From the NCBI GenBank assembly GCA_965112735.1, contig OZ218963.1:62001-126000 (forward strand): a stretch of DNA of 64,000 nt. Reading direction: 5' to 3'. Origin of the DNA: Phaeosaccion multiseriatum (taxonomy: Eukaryota > Protista > Ochrophyta, other classes). The stretch's first letter is position 1; each line of letters begins with the position of its first letter. The position numbers were made by a program, and so were the translations under genes. Below, piece after piece: positions 1-18,500 of this stretch. The notes beneath the pieces are model-generated. The model had not been told where the DNA came from, did no database searches, and was given only the letters and a program-made list of their open reading frames with translations.

Positions 1-5765
<5,765 letters not shown>

Positions 5766-6412
5766 GGCGTGCGCTGCCTCGATGTCTGCTGAGGGCGCCG
5801 CGATGCTTTAGAGAGAAGGGGACTTCTGGTGCCATCCGGGCTACCAACTTGTTGATCTTCCTTCTTCTCAGGCTCTTCTCAAACTGTAAAAATTAACTCG
5901 CTTCGCTCGCACGCGATAAACTATCCTTGTCTACACCTTAAGCTATTTGCGCCCCCGCAGGGAGAGAAGAAAAGGTAGGAGTGGGGAGGGTGTGGATAGA
6001 GAGGGGAGGGTGAGAAGGGGGGGGGGAAGGGGGGTACGTCAAGCATTGGAAAAACAGGGAGGGGGCGAGCAGCAGGCGTCTCGAGCAACACATGAGCGAC
6101 TGCCTTTCCACGGCTAGGAGGAGTGGTGGATATCGATGCTTGATGGTGGATTTGAGGATTTGTGCTGGTAGAGAGAGGGGCGGCATGCTGGGAGGAGGAG
6201 AAGGGGTGGTGTTGTGGGAGGAGGGGAGTAGAGGGTGTGTGGGGAGGGGGGTGGGGCGCGGGAGTGGGGGGCACGTATCCAAGACCATAGAATCAGGACC
6301 ATACGGGAGGGGAGGTCTCTCGTGTGGGCCCGGAAGCCCGTGTTTCCCCCCCCTTCATCCCCCCTGCCTTTGCTTCTTGTGCCTCTCCTTTTATACACCT
6401 ACAAGTGAGAGT
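5766..6412. promoter_or_regulatory. Probable bidirectional promoter between XPG (-) and ankyrin gene (+)
   Basis: Divergent start codons at 5765 and 6413. Inferred from position only. Confidence 0.45.
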
Positions 6413-8592
6413 ATGGAGAGAGCGGCCGACTGGAAGGCGGGTCTCACTCAGGCTCAGGAGCACGGGAAGCGAAGATGCCTGAGCAGTAGTAGCACCAACA
6501 GCACCAGTAGCAGCAGCAGTGGAGGCATGGCTCTTGCAAGCGACACTGTCAGAGGCTCCAGTGGCACTGGGAGGTTTGTGGACTCTTTGCCAGACGACCC
6601 TCTGGCGGTCTTACTAATGTTTGTGGACTCTGTTCCAGATATCTCCAAAGTCACAAGCCTCATCAGCAGGGCCAACGCAGTGGGGCCGGAGCGAAAGAGA
6701 GTGTGGCACCTTTTGGGAAGGTACAGTAGTAGGCGTATTACATACGGAAGAAAATGGGTACTGACTAGTGAAGCTGCCCCCTCTCTTGCCGGCTTGCCCC
6801 ATCCGCCCATCAATGTTTCAGGCACTTGCAACTTGATATGCCTGCGAGGACAGAGAGGACCACACGTGGAAACGCAAACAGCAAGAGGGCTTTGTTCCAA
6901 AAGTGGGCCTCCTCGACCAGGATGATGCTGTGAGTCAGGGAGGGACAACTGAATGTGGGCAAGGGAGGAAAGTCTAATAAAAGAAAGGAGGGAAGGGAGG
7001 GAAGGAGAGACAGCGAGGGAGAAGGAGGAAGAGGGAAAGCGGCGTCCTTCCAAGGATTATCCATCATTGCCGCTGCTAACGGCTGGAGTGTCTGCAACGG
7101 TACACCATGGTGCTCAACCACCGTTAACCATCCCAGCAACTCCCTGTGCTGCTGACATACTCTCTTCTCTTCTCCCTCTCGTGTCCCGCACCCACGCACG
7201 CACCCACCCACCCTCAGCTTGTCTCGCGAGTCGACTCTCGGCGCAGCTTACAACGACATCTTCCGGCGGCCTGGGGGGGGGGACTCCGTGCGGGCAGTGC
7301 GGCGCCTGCTGCACAAGCGGTGGGGGGCAGCGGTGGGCACGGACGGTGTCAGGACCGTGGGGCTCAGTGGTGTTAGGAGCCTGTACTGGATGGACGTGAA
7401 TCACAAGTCCACAATCTACGAAGGGAACACCATCCTCAACCTCGCATGTAAGTCTGTGGACAACTCGAAGACAAACTGTCCGAGTCCCCGTCTGAGGACT
7501 AAAGGATAGAACCCTTGCCTTGCCTCAAGCCCTCAAAGTCTCCGTAAGTTGCTTCCGTCCGGTGCCATCCGTCAGGGAGCGAGGGCTTGACGTATTATCA
7601 CGTGTTGTGGCTCAGTCACCTCACGCCCCCCACCCCACTCTCCCATTCTTATTAGGTGATTCCTATTAAGTCAATATATTTACCCCCACACTCACTCGCC
7701 TCTCACCTCTCACCTCTCACCTCAACCCCCTTTCCGGTCCCCTCCTCCCTCCCTCCCTCCCTCTCGCCCTTTACTGCCTTACTGCGAAGGCCGCTGCGGG
7801 TGCCGCAAAGTAGTGCTGTTCCTGTTGGACACGCTGGGGGCGGACATTTCGCTCCCGGACGATGGCGGTTTCACCCCAGCCATGAATGCGGCTTGGAGAG
7901 GCGACAAAGCGCTGCTCAAGTTGCTGTTGGAGAGGGGAGCAGACCCCACCGCCACGGGGCACTCAAGGGTGAGTGAGTGGGTGAGTGAGCGGGTGAGTCA
8001 GTCAATGCGTGAGTATCTTGAGTGAGGGAAGGAGGGAAGGAGGGATAGAGAGTGAGTGAGTGAGTGAGTGAGTGAGTGAGGGAGGGAGGGAGGGAGGGAG
8101 GGAGGGAGAGGGATGAGGCGGGCGAGGAAGCGCGGGTGTGTGTATGTGTACGTGTACCGGGTGTGAAGCGCGAACAAAAGTGCCCCCACTGCCGCCGCCT
8201 CTCTGCCTCACCGCCCTCCCTCCCTTGTTCCTGCCCTCTTCGTGGCCTTGGTCTGGACCCCTCACACTCACCCCCGCCTCCCTCTCCCCTCGCTCTCTCG
8301 CTGCCCTCATCGCTGCCCTCATCAGGTGGGGCGGCACAAAGGTGTGCATAGTGTGGTGGGGTGGGCGAGGCTCAGGGGACACGGGCCTTGTGCAGACCTC
8401 GCACAGCGCTACGCAGAGCGGTTCGTGGCTCTGTCGGCACCGGCAGTTGGTGGTACGGCAGCTGGTAGGGCAGTTGGTGGTACAGCGAGCGACAGCCAGG
8501 GCGCCAGTGCTTGTGCGGCAGAGCCTCAAGCTGAGGCCCGTGTGGCGCGATTGGAGGCTGCGGAGCAGAAGACCCACGCCCCTCGGGGATGA
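6413..8592 (+). CDS. Ankyrin-repeat protein with N-terminal F-box-like segment
   Basis: Exons 6413-6720, 6822-6929, 7218-7447, 7790-7968, 8326-8592 in phase. F-box-like DSLPDDPLAVLLMFV. Ankyrin motifs VNHKSTIYEGNTILNLAC, GADISLPDDGGFTPAMNAAWRGDKALLKLLLERGADP and degenerate HSVVGWARLRGHGPCADL. Confidence 0.75.
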
Positions 8593-8909
8593 ATGCGGCG
8601 CTATCGTACATTCGCTACATGAGAGGACAGGAGACCGACGCGATGCTGCAGCAGTCTCAACCGAGCGGGGAGGGATGGCAGCGGATGGATATGGCTCTCG
8701 CCAATGTCATCAGTCATTTACAAGTTTATGAATGTACGGTGCGTTCCGATATCGCACAAGACCGACTGCCAAGGCTCAAAACTGAGCCTCCCTACCTCCC
8801 TACCTCCCTTCCTCTCTCTCTGGACTCTCCGCAGAATAGCTATCCATGATCTCTCGTGTCCTGCTATACTGTGAGTCAAGCCAACTGTGATTCTCAATCT
8901 CACATCTCT

Positions 8910-11900
8910 CTAGACGTCGAACGCGTCTTTGTCCTTCCAGCTCGCCTCTACCCTGTGGTCGAGCGGCAGGCTGTGCAGCCGCCCCCCCCCCGCCCCAAGC
9001 CACCACAGCTCTGCCCCTCCGTCTGCTGCCATCTTCTGCGGCGCTCGTAGCTCCAGCGACGCGAGCACTGTATCACCAACTGCTGTATCTGGTGGCTGCT
9101 TCAGCGCGGCGGGGATGCCCCCCTTCCCCTTGCCCCCGCTGGCAAAGGAGCACCAGAGACACTCGCGCTGGGGCTGCAGCTGGCCCTGTATCACCACCTC
9201 GCTCACTCGGAAGGTGCACAGCTGCCCGGTGGCCGCCTCGAGCTGCGTGACGTAGAGTGCGTGCCTGTGCTTGAGACGGGTGCGCTTGCGTGCCTTACGG
9301 CTCAGTACGAGGTTGCACCAGAAGGGCCTGAGCACGTGTCCCCCAGTGCCCTCCTCGCCCGGCCCTCCCAGCTTCACCGCGGCCGCTGCCCCCGTCTGGC
9401 CAGTGCTCTCCTGCTTGGCCTCTCCCGCCTCGAACTCTGCCCTGCTGTAGCCCGCATAGGCGCACAATGGGCCCAGGGGGTGCTGTGGCGTCAACGTGTT
9501 GAGGTGTGTCAGGGGTGCGTGGGTGAGTGAGTGTCAGGACAGTGAGTGTCAGGACAGTGAGTGTCAGGACAGTGAGTGTCAGGACAGTGAGTGTCAGGAC
9601 AGTGAGTGTCAGGACAGTGAGTGTCAGGACAGTGAGTGTCAGGACAGTGAGTGTCAGGACAGTGAGTGTCAGGACAGTGAGTGTCAGGACAGTCAGGGAT
9701 GGGGTTGAACTTGAGGGATTAAAAAAGACGACAGTCGCTTGCGAGGTACAGTAGGAGTAGCTTTCAGGTTCCCGCCCCCGGCCCTCCCTCCCTCTCCCCT
9801 CCCTTCACCGCCCGCTGATGCTTCTCTTTCCACCCACCTGATATAGAACCAGGTTGCCCCCCTTTCCCTCCGCCTCCCCCGCTGTCCGAAAGAGGAAGTT
9901 GCGCGAGCCGAGCCAATCTCCGCCCCTCATGGAGTTCTCCCCCCTGAGAAGGTCCTGACACCTCGCCCCTCCCTGCCCTTCCTGTCCTCCCTGCCACCAC
10001 ACCATGCGCTGGAGGGGCCCCGGGGTCTCGCTCCGTGGGCTGGCGCCTGCGTGGATCGCCAACCGTCCATCCGGCCTGAGCACAGCAAAGAGGCAAGCCA
10101 CGCCATCTGTGAACCGGAGCATCTCCCCGGACTTCCACAGCACCTGGCCACCGCCCACTCTGGCGCTGCATGCCTGCTCCTCCCAAAAGTCCCCCCATCC
10201 ACTGCCATCCTCCCCGTAGCTGTGCACCACTAGATTACCATCTCCCTGCAGCCCCACTACCACACTGCGCTCTCCCTCCACCCCCTCCTCCTCCTGCTGC
10301 TGCTGCTGCTGCTGCTGGTGTTGGTCCCCGCCCGCCCCCTCTGCAGATGTCTGCCTTGCTGCCAATCGCTTCGCCTCTGCCGCCGCCGCCGCCGCCGCCT
10401 GCAGATCTTCCTCCGTGGGCACTCTCCACAGCTCCACCGCCTCCGGATCCCTCGGGCCGAGGCCGCGTTTCACCGCAAGCCCGTCTCGAGTGGTCTCCAT
10501 GAACAGCATCGGGCCACCCTCACCACCACCACCAACAGCCACATCAATGGACACGGGAGTGGACAATGGAGGGTACAGTGTGAGTGGCACGCGGTCCCAT
10601 GTGAGGGATGCCTCGTGCATGGCCACCCACTGCCCTTGTTGCAGGAAGGAGAGCACGGGGATGAAGTCGTAGTGCACGCCTGGCATGGAGTTTCCCGCAC
10701 ACTTGCGCAGCCAAGAGCCCTTGTTGAAGTGCTGCACAAAGCTCGTCCACCCCTCCAGGGAGGCCTTTGACTGCAGCTCGTAGAAGGCCTGGCCGCGAGA
10801 GTGGGCAGAGGAGAAGGCGGGGATGCCCAACACTTTCACCTGCACCGGGGAAAAGGGTTGGGTGTTCGCCAGCGCAACATCTGTGAACACGCCCGGCCCG
10901 GTCTTGAGGATGGTCTCGATGTGGTGACACGCGCCCTTTCGCCGGCTGTGAATCTCTCTGTACACATCGGTGGTGTCCTTGATGTTGTCGGCCACGCTCT
11001 CCACCACCTTCCACAGCACGTCGTTGCGGGGGCGCGACGCGAAGGCGTGCAGAGAGAGCGACTTGGGCCTTGCGTAAGCCCACTCCAGAGACTTTGCCTC
11101 GGACTCAAAGTCGCTCTCCAGCCCCACCACGAAGGCATCGGAGGGCGTGTACATACCCCACACAGGCTCCAGCGGCAGCGTGTCCAGGTCCGCATACACC
11201 CCGCCCAAGTGGTACATGAACAGGTAGCGCGCAAAGTCCGCCAGCTCTCCTCCGTTGGCCACGGCGCCAACCACCCCCTCGAATTGGGGGTAGTGCTCCC
11301 CAATGAAGGCAAGGATGCGCTCGTCGTCCAGGAAGGCGTACTCGTGGCACGGGTGCATGGTCATCCACGCCATGGGCCCTCGCAGCGCCTCGAAGCTGTA
11401 GCCGCTCACCAGGCCCGTCTTGCCGCTCTGCAGGATGCGGGGAGGGATGGCGTACTCCGCCAGCCGCCGCCTTTCCTCCTCCGAGCATTGCCCCTCCTGC
11501 AGGCTCCTCGCCAGGCCTTCCATCGTCAGCGCTTGCCCTCGCTCCTGCCCGTCAACCATCGCCACAGCGACGCTCTCCTCCCCCTTGCTCGCTGCTCTGG
11601 GCACGCCGCCCAACCCCCTGTTCACGACCCGCCACGTGCTGTCGTCGAAGCACGAGTTAAATGTGTCCCTTCCCTTGGGCAGCGGGCAGCATGTCAGTGC
11701 CGCAGGAAAGGCATCAATGTAGCGAGCCGGCGGGGTGTGGCTGAGGTCCCTGCTGGGCCTCGGCACGTTGACAAACACGTCGGCCTCGTATGCCACCACA
11801 GAGGAGGGCACCACCACGACTCTGCCCCTCCCAATGTCCCACAAGTCCCTGGCGAGCAGCTCGCACTCCGAAGCCGCGCACTCCACCCCATCCCTCGCCG

Positions 11901-13398
11901 CCCGCAGCCGCAGGGATTCTTGCTGGAACACGTCGGCGTCAATGCTCACCATGCCGTTCCAGCACGAGAACACTTGGAACGGACGGCCCTCTCGCAGCGC
12001 CCGAGCCGAGTCCGCGTGACGGAGGTACGGGGGCTCGTTTGTGAACTTGTGCCCCTCCACGTCCATCCCCACCCAAATGTCATACAGGCGGAAGCCTGCA
12101 CAGCTTTCTCCTTGCGGGCAGTCGGGGTCCTTCCCGATCCAGTCGGTGGAGCAGGCCATGTCGGCCCCGTGCGGGTGCGGGAGCCGGGTTTGGTGCAGCA
12201 GGGGCAGCACGTCCTCTGCACAGAAGAACACGTCGTTGAGGAACAGCACCTGTTGTTGTGGAGACATGCAAAGTAAGCCAGTGAAAGGCTCCTTTAGTGT
12301 CTCTGTCTTTGGTGGCCGGGTAGAGAGACAAGAGTTCATTATCGTCCAGCAGAGCAGAGGAGACGCATGGATCGATCAGCAGGCTCACTAGTCACTTGGT
12401 CATACCTGGTCGTACTGCTGGCTCGACTGGTACAGAGGCAGTAGGGCCTTGTTGCGCATCGCGGCGAGGAAGGGGATGCGGTCCTCCCCAGGCTGCCGGA
12501 CCACAGCAGTGGAGAGCACCACATGCGGTACGTTCATGGCTTGGAGCTGTCTCTCCAAGTGCCGCAGGAGGACGGCCGTATCGTCCGTGCTGCCGCTCTC
12601 GTACACAGACACAAAAACGTTCCCGCCAAGGGGCCCTTCGAGCATGAGCAGCAGCTTCATGAGCTCCCTCTGCCAGGAGGGGAACACGGCGGCGTTGTTG
12701 TGCAGGTTGGCGGCGATGAAGAACATGCCCGAGCGGTACTCGTCAAGCTCCATGTAGCGCCGGCCTCTGAGGGGCGCAAGCTCTGTCAGCGACCGCGCCA
12801 GGCCGTAGGGTGTCCGCGCTCGCGTGGGACAAACATCGCCGGCCTCCTCCTTGTTCGTGCTCGTCTTCTTCCCTGCTGCCTTGGTGGTCCTTGCTGCCTT
12901 GGCTGTCTGAGGCACGCGACTGTCCACGAAGGCGATGCACTCGAGCACCGGCATCCCCAACCCCCTGATGGGCGGGGCCACTTCACCGGCGCCAAGGCCA
13001 GGGCCAGAACTGCCCTGCCCAGTCGCACCCGCCGCAGCTTCCCCCCCTCTGCCGCCCCCGACCGAAAGGCCTGCCCCGTCCTCCCAATACCGCAGACTGT
13101 TTCCTTCCAGCACTGCGCCAGCCGCCGCGAGACTCGCTGGCGCCCTCTGGGGAGGAAGGAGGCATTTGTGGCCCTGTCTCCTGTGAAAGAAGCTGTGCCC
13201 ACCCCAGTCGTATCCATCTTGATACCCTTCGTCGCCCCTGCGCTGCCTCGTCGCCAAACACACCAACACCACCGAGAAGGCCACCGCCGCGGCTCCCACA
13301 ATTCTCAGCAGCACATTCTTCCTGCCGACCTTCCACTTCCCTGCTCGCCTCCGGGGCAGCGACGAGGAGGCGTAGGGGTTGAAGAGATTCGGCTTCAT
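8910..13398 (-). CDS. Type II membrane glycosyltransferase fusion: GT69 (CAP59/CMT1-like) + GT32 (Och1-like, DXD) + bulb-type lectin-like domain(s)
   Basis: Exons 13398-12406, 12249-9838, 9482-8910. N-terminal TM (IVGAAAVAFSVVLVCL). GT69: FFIAANLHNN...FVSVYESGSTD...RIPFLAAMRNKAL...VLFLNDV...YDIWV...FQVFSCWNG...CAASEC. GT32: IPPRILQS...ELADFARYLFMYHLGGVYADLD...TGPGVFT...HFNKGSW. B-lectin-like: LQGDGNLVV, VLWKSG, AVLRPDGRLAI, GNLVLY. Confidence 0.88.
9526..9692. repeat. 15-bp minisatellite (AGTGAGTGTCAGGAC) x11, intronic
   Basis: Identical tandem units in the 3' part of glycosyltransferase intron 9483-9837. Confidence 0.95.
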
Positions 13399-14264
13399 CT
13401 TTCCTCCTAGTCTGCTTGTTCACTCATGCCTCCTTGTTCACTCATGCCTGCACCAGTGCCTCCGACCACACCGCTGACAGCGCTGCTCTCCTCAATCTCC
13501 ACATCGACGACGTGCGCTTCGTGTACCACTCACTACTCTTCTCCTTCTAATACTTCTATGTGTGCCAGGACGTTGTCAAAAAAAAAAATGATCTGAAGGA
13601 AGATACTTTGCTCACAAAATGGGAGAGCGATAAAGCTACAGGAGCGGTATCGTTCTTCTCCTTTTCTAGGCTCTTCCTGCTCTCTCCTGTCCCCTCTCCT
13701 TTTGCTGTTTTTTTTCCTTGCTTCCCTCTCGGGATCCTCTCAAAGGGGGGGGGGGGAGGGGGGGGGGGCATTGAGAATTGTTGACATACGCACGAGTTGA
13801 CTTAATCACCAACACACCAATCACCCGCGGGTGAACAAAACGTTCCCTTTTCTCCCTCCCTCGACACAGGCACTTCTGTCGGTAGCATCACAGTCACGTA
13901 AGTGTGCTACGAGTATGTGCGACGTTTAGCTTTCTCTCTCTTGCTTTGATCCTCCCTTTCCACCCTTTTTTCTGTCCCTCCGCCCTCCCTCCCTCCTTCC
14001 TTCTTTAGGCCACACTGATATGTTCTCCGTCGGTTCCACTCCTTCCCCCCTCTCTCTATCCCGCTCTCCCTCTGTCTCTCCTTCACTCTCTCTCGCTCCC
14101 TCCCTCCATTCCGGCGCCTCTCTCTCTGTCTTACAGTCGAGGGTAACTGTGCGACGTCGGGGCGAGACAGGCAGTGTATATATCCCTCGCTCCCTCCAAC
14201 AACCCGTTCCCCCTCTGTGTGCCCACTCTGCGTATTGATTCTATGGGGTACCAATCAGCTTAGG

Positions 14265-15540
14265 ATGCTCAAGCGGTCTACGCTCGAAGCGAAGGGGGCG
14301 GTGGTGAGCCCGCTGGCGCAAGTGCTATCGAAAGCGCGTCAAGACCAGAGGGAAGAGGAGAGATACCGACGAGGAGACGGAGATGGGGACGGGGAGTATG
14401 CCGGTCCGATCACCCTCAGTGATGAGGTTACTCGGTGGCTTCCAGGGACTTGGCTGTTCCCAATCAGTCTGGGGGCGAGGTTCTGGGCCGTCCTGGAGGA
14501 CGGAGGGAGCACTCTGCTGCTTTTCAACACACAGGACGATTGGTTGCAGGACAAAGATCCAGCGGAGGCATATGATATTGCGCCAGATACGGATATAGAG
14601 GAGGTGCTGCATCGCGGACAGGTCAGTGAGTCTACACTTGCGGTGCTGCTGCTGTTGTTGCTGGTTGTGTCATCTCCGCAATTCTTGAGGCTTCTTTCCT
14701 TTCTTTCGCGCTCAACTCAACTAACTCACTCACTCACTCACACACTCCTCTCAACTGCATTCACTCACTCACTCACATCACATCACCTCGACTGCATTCA
14801 CTCACTCACTCACTCACACACTCCTCTCAACTGCATTCACTCACTCACTCACACACTCCTCAACTGCATTCACTCACTCACTCACACACTCCTCTCAACT
14901 GCATTCACTCACTCACTCACTCACATCACATCACCTCGACTTCCGCTCCCTCCCTCCCTCCCTCCCTCGCCCACTCTTGGCATGCTCTCTTCGGTGGACC
15001 CCTGATCTTGAGCAGGAGGCCGTGACCATCTCTGCCCGGCAAGAGGCGGCCTCCATGACCTTCGCTCCAAGCACACCCTCCACCGCTCTGGACTGGGCAC
15101 ACGCCATGCGCAGGGCTGTCTTGCTGGGCCTCGAGCAGGGGCAGCAGTTTGCCCTGCAGCAGGGGCGGGTGGGGGAGGGAGGAAGGGGGTCGGCCCCACT
15201 CGCCAGCGAGGCAGAGACCAAGGAGGGGGAGGGAGGGGCAGAGGGTACAGTCGGAGCAGGGCGAGCAGGAGTAGCAGGAAGAAAACAAGACTTGGAGGAG
15301 GACGAGGAGGACGAGGACGACGAGGAGGAGGAGGAGGGTGCTTGGAGGAAACACCACCTGCACCATAAGCGCGCCAGGACTGGGGGTGCGGGTGGATGGG
15401 CGAGGTCGTTGCTGTGCGAGGCCAAGTCCCTGGCTGCTTTACTGACCCGTCACAAGGGCCCCTGCGGAGAGTGCCACTGCTCAATGTGTAAAGACGACTC
15501 CGGCCTCACAGGTGAGTCAGTTGGATAGGTAAATAAATAA

Positions 15541-15589
<49 letters not shown>

Positions 15590-18500
15590 GATGACGGCAC
15601 CCTGTCTATGGCACCCTAACCCCACCCTTTCGAGTCTTGCCACCACTCTCCCTCTCCGTCACTAACACTCGCGCCCACACCGCACCCCACGGTCAGAGCG
15701 CGGGGGTGCCATCGGGCCTGGCAAGCTTAAACGCGCTCTGTCTCGGCGCTCCTCGGGGCGGCGCCTCATCCCGGAGCGGCTCATGTTCCTCGCAAGGAAG
15801 CGCTCCTCCAGGCGGAGTGACGGTAGCGGCAGCAGTACTCACTTGGGTGGCAGCAGCAGCAACACCGTGCTGGGCGAGGAGGAGATGGCGCAAATGACTC
15901 GTGTGGAGGCTAATTGGGCCTTCCTCACCAACAAGTACATTGGGGTCAAGCTCGCCAGAGAGGGCAGCGTGGAGGCCGTCAGCACCTTTCTCCGGAGAAG
16001 GCCCGGCTACCCTGGTACGTGAGAGTGTGTAGGGCTGTTGCTGCCTCGATTGGTTGTTGGATTGAGTGCCAATCTCCGCTTGCTGGCCCCTAGTTGTCAG
16101 TTTCAGTTGGGGTGCTTTTCAGCGCGGCTGCACTGAGCACAGAAGCTTCCTGATATGGACCCCCATTTATGCCCATTTATGGGTTTTCTTTTTCTAAGGT
16201 CACATCAACTGAAAACTGAAAAATGCTGGAAATCTGCAAATCACACATAAAACATGGATACACACACACACACACACACACTCACTCACAGACGCGATGA
16301 ACATGTTCCGAGCGGCGGTGCGTTACAAGCACTTCGCTCTCGTGGAGTGGTTCCTCGACTCCTTCGGGGCCGACGTCAACACTCGCAACAGCATGGGCAT
16401 GCCCATGGTCTGGTTCGCCGCCATGTTCAACCAGGTAAGGTGGGGTAAGTAAGGTTAGGTAAGGTTAGGAAGGTTAGGTTATAGGTAAGGTGCGGTGTGT
16501 GGGCTGATTGTGGTGTGCTTTGCAACGGACCGCTCGTCAGAAAGTCAGGAAGTCAGAAAGTCAGGAAGTCAGGAAGTCAGAAAGTCAGGAAGTCAGAAAG
16601 TCAGGAAGTCAGGAAGTCAGGAAGGAGGATGTGGTGCGTCTGGGCCCTCCCTCTGAGGTCTCTTTTGCTCTCATTACTTGTGCGGCGTGAGGTGGACGAT
16701 GGTGAGGCTATCTGACGCATGGTCTTGTCATCTTCTCTTTAATGGGTACCATTCCAACTATCTCGATGCCCACTTCCTTCACTGAGTGAATCAAACAATC
16801 CATTGACTTACTCCCAACCACCGCAGGGCGACAACCAAGCGGGCGCGCGAATGGTTGAGCTGTTACTGTCTAGAGGCGCGGACATCACTCAGACCAACCG
16901 GTACGGCCAGACCGTGCTCTTCCTGCTTGTGATAGGGCCGTCCGCCAAGGCCTTACCGCAGATCAAGGCTCTCATGTTGCAGGAGCCAGGCCTGTCTCTC
17001 AAGCACCGCGATAAGTTCGGCGTCACTTGCCTGCACTACGCCGTGCTCTTCGGACACCTCGCGACGTGAGTACCGAGTGCCGAGAGCCGAGTGCCGAGTG
17101 GCGAGTGGCGAGTGCGCATGGGTATCTGGAAAGGCAGCACCCCAACTTCTTCTCTTGGCTGTGCTTTTGCAGAAGGGCAGAGCTCAGTGTTTCTGCGCGC
17201 GTGTGTGCGTGCGTGTCCTCTGCTCTGTCTGTTGCTCTGTGTGCGGACACGCTATGCCCGCACTACCTCCAACAACCCGTCTGCTGCCATCTCATGCCGT
17301 CCGCTACCATCTCTGTCTACAGGGTGAAGTGGATCGTGCATCAGACGCACTTCTACTGCGCTGCAGGGGACTGGGACGCCATCCTGCACGAGCACAGCAG
17401 GAACAGCGTGCTGCTCAACGAGGAGCACTACGGTGCCATCCGGGCATGGAAAGCAAGGTCAGGGGATGGCAGTGGATGGCAGTGGGCGGGTGAGGGGTCA
17501 GGAGTGAGACTGGCGAACGAGACGCATATGAATCAAACTGAAACTCGCACCCCCCCTACTCCACCCACTGCTATGCCCCCAGGAAGCTGGGCCGGATGAG
17601 CAAGTACCTTCGGACGCTGACGCCCTTGGGGGTGAGCATCGTGCACAACCATGAGCACATCACGCGCTGGCTCATCGGCTTCTCGCAGTTCGAGGGAGAC
17701 GACAAGGAGTGCCAGAAGACGCGCAGGTGAGTCAGTGAGCAAGTCAGTGAGTGAGTAAGTCAGTGAGTGAGTAAGTCAGTGAGCAAGTCAGTGAGTGAGT
17801 AAGTCAGTGAGCAAGTCAGTAAGTGAGTAAGTGAGTGATGTGAGTGAGTGACTGAGTGAGTGAGTGAGTCAGTGGGTGAGTGAGTCAGTGGGTGAGTCTC
17901 TAAGTGAGTGAGTCAGTGAGCGAGTCTCACTCCGTGAGTGAGTCAGTGAGGGTGAGTCAGTGAGCAAGTCAGTGAGTGAGTAAGTGAGTGAGTCAGTGAC
18001 TGAGTGACTGAGCGAGTGAGTCAGTGGGTGAGTCTCTAAGTGAGTGAGTCAGTGAGAGGGAGGCAATGGCAAGACGTCATCACACTCACGTCATTTAGAC
18101 TTGATGTCAGTTTCACATGCGTTGGAGATTGTTTGTCGATCCACCAATGATTGCCAAGCACATGCACCAGACGTGGAGGTTATGGTAGTCCCATCCACTG
18201 CCATAATCGAGGGCTACCCATCTGCTGCCATCACTCACGGGCTGCCCCAGAAGAAGCGCGCATTGTCTCGCCCTTCGTCGCTCGCCAGGCCGGCCCTCCA
18301 CTGCCCTCCGAATCTCTCGTCCACACCCCCTTTCCCTGACTTTTCCCTCCTGACACCAGACACTGCCCGTCCCTACCCCCCGAATAATGCCATCCGCTGC
18401 CATCCCCCCCCCCGTCTTATGACAGACGCATGCTGTTCCAGCGTGATAATCAGGACCTGCTCCTCCTCACGAGCACCTATCCAGAGATGTTGCCACTCGT

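Noticed and set aside
8589-8849. 86-aa ORF downstream of the ankyrin gene
   Set aside because: No recognisable motif; lies in the short convergent 3' UTR region.
16435-16490. TTAGG-like repeats here and at 49551-49605 as interstitial telomere
   Set aside because: Short, irregular, and better explained as reiterated donor-like GGTAAG or low-complexity intron sequence.
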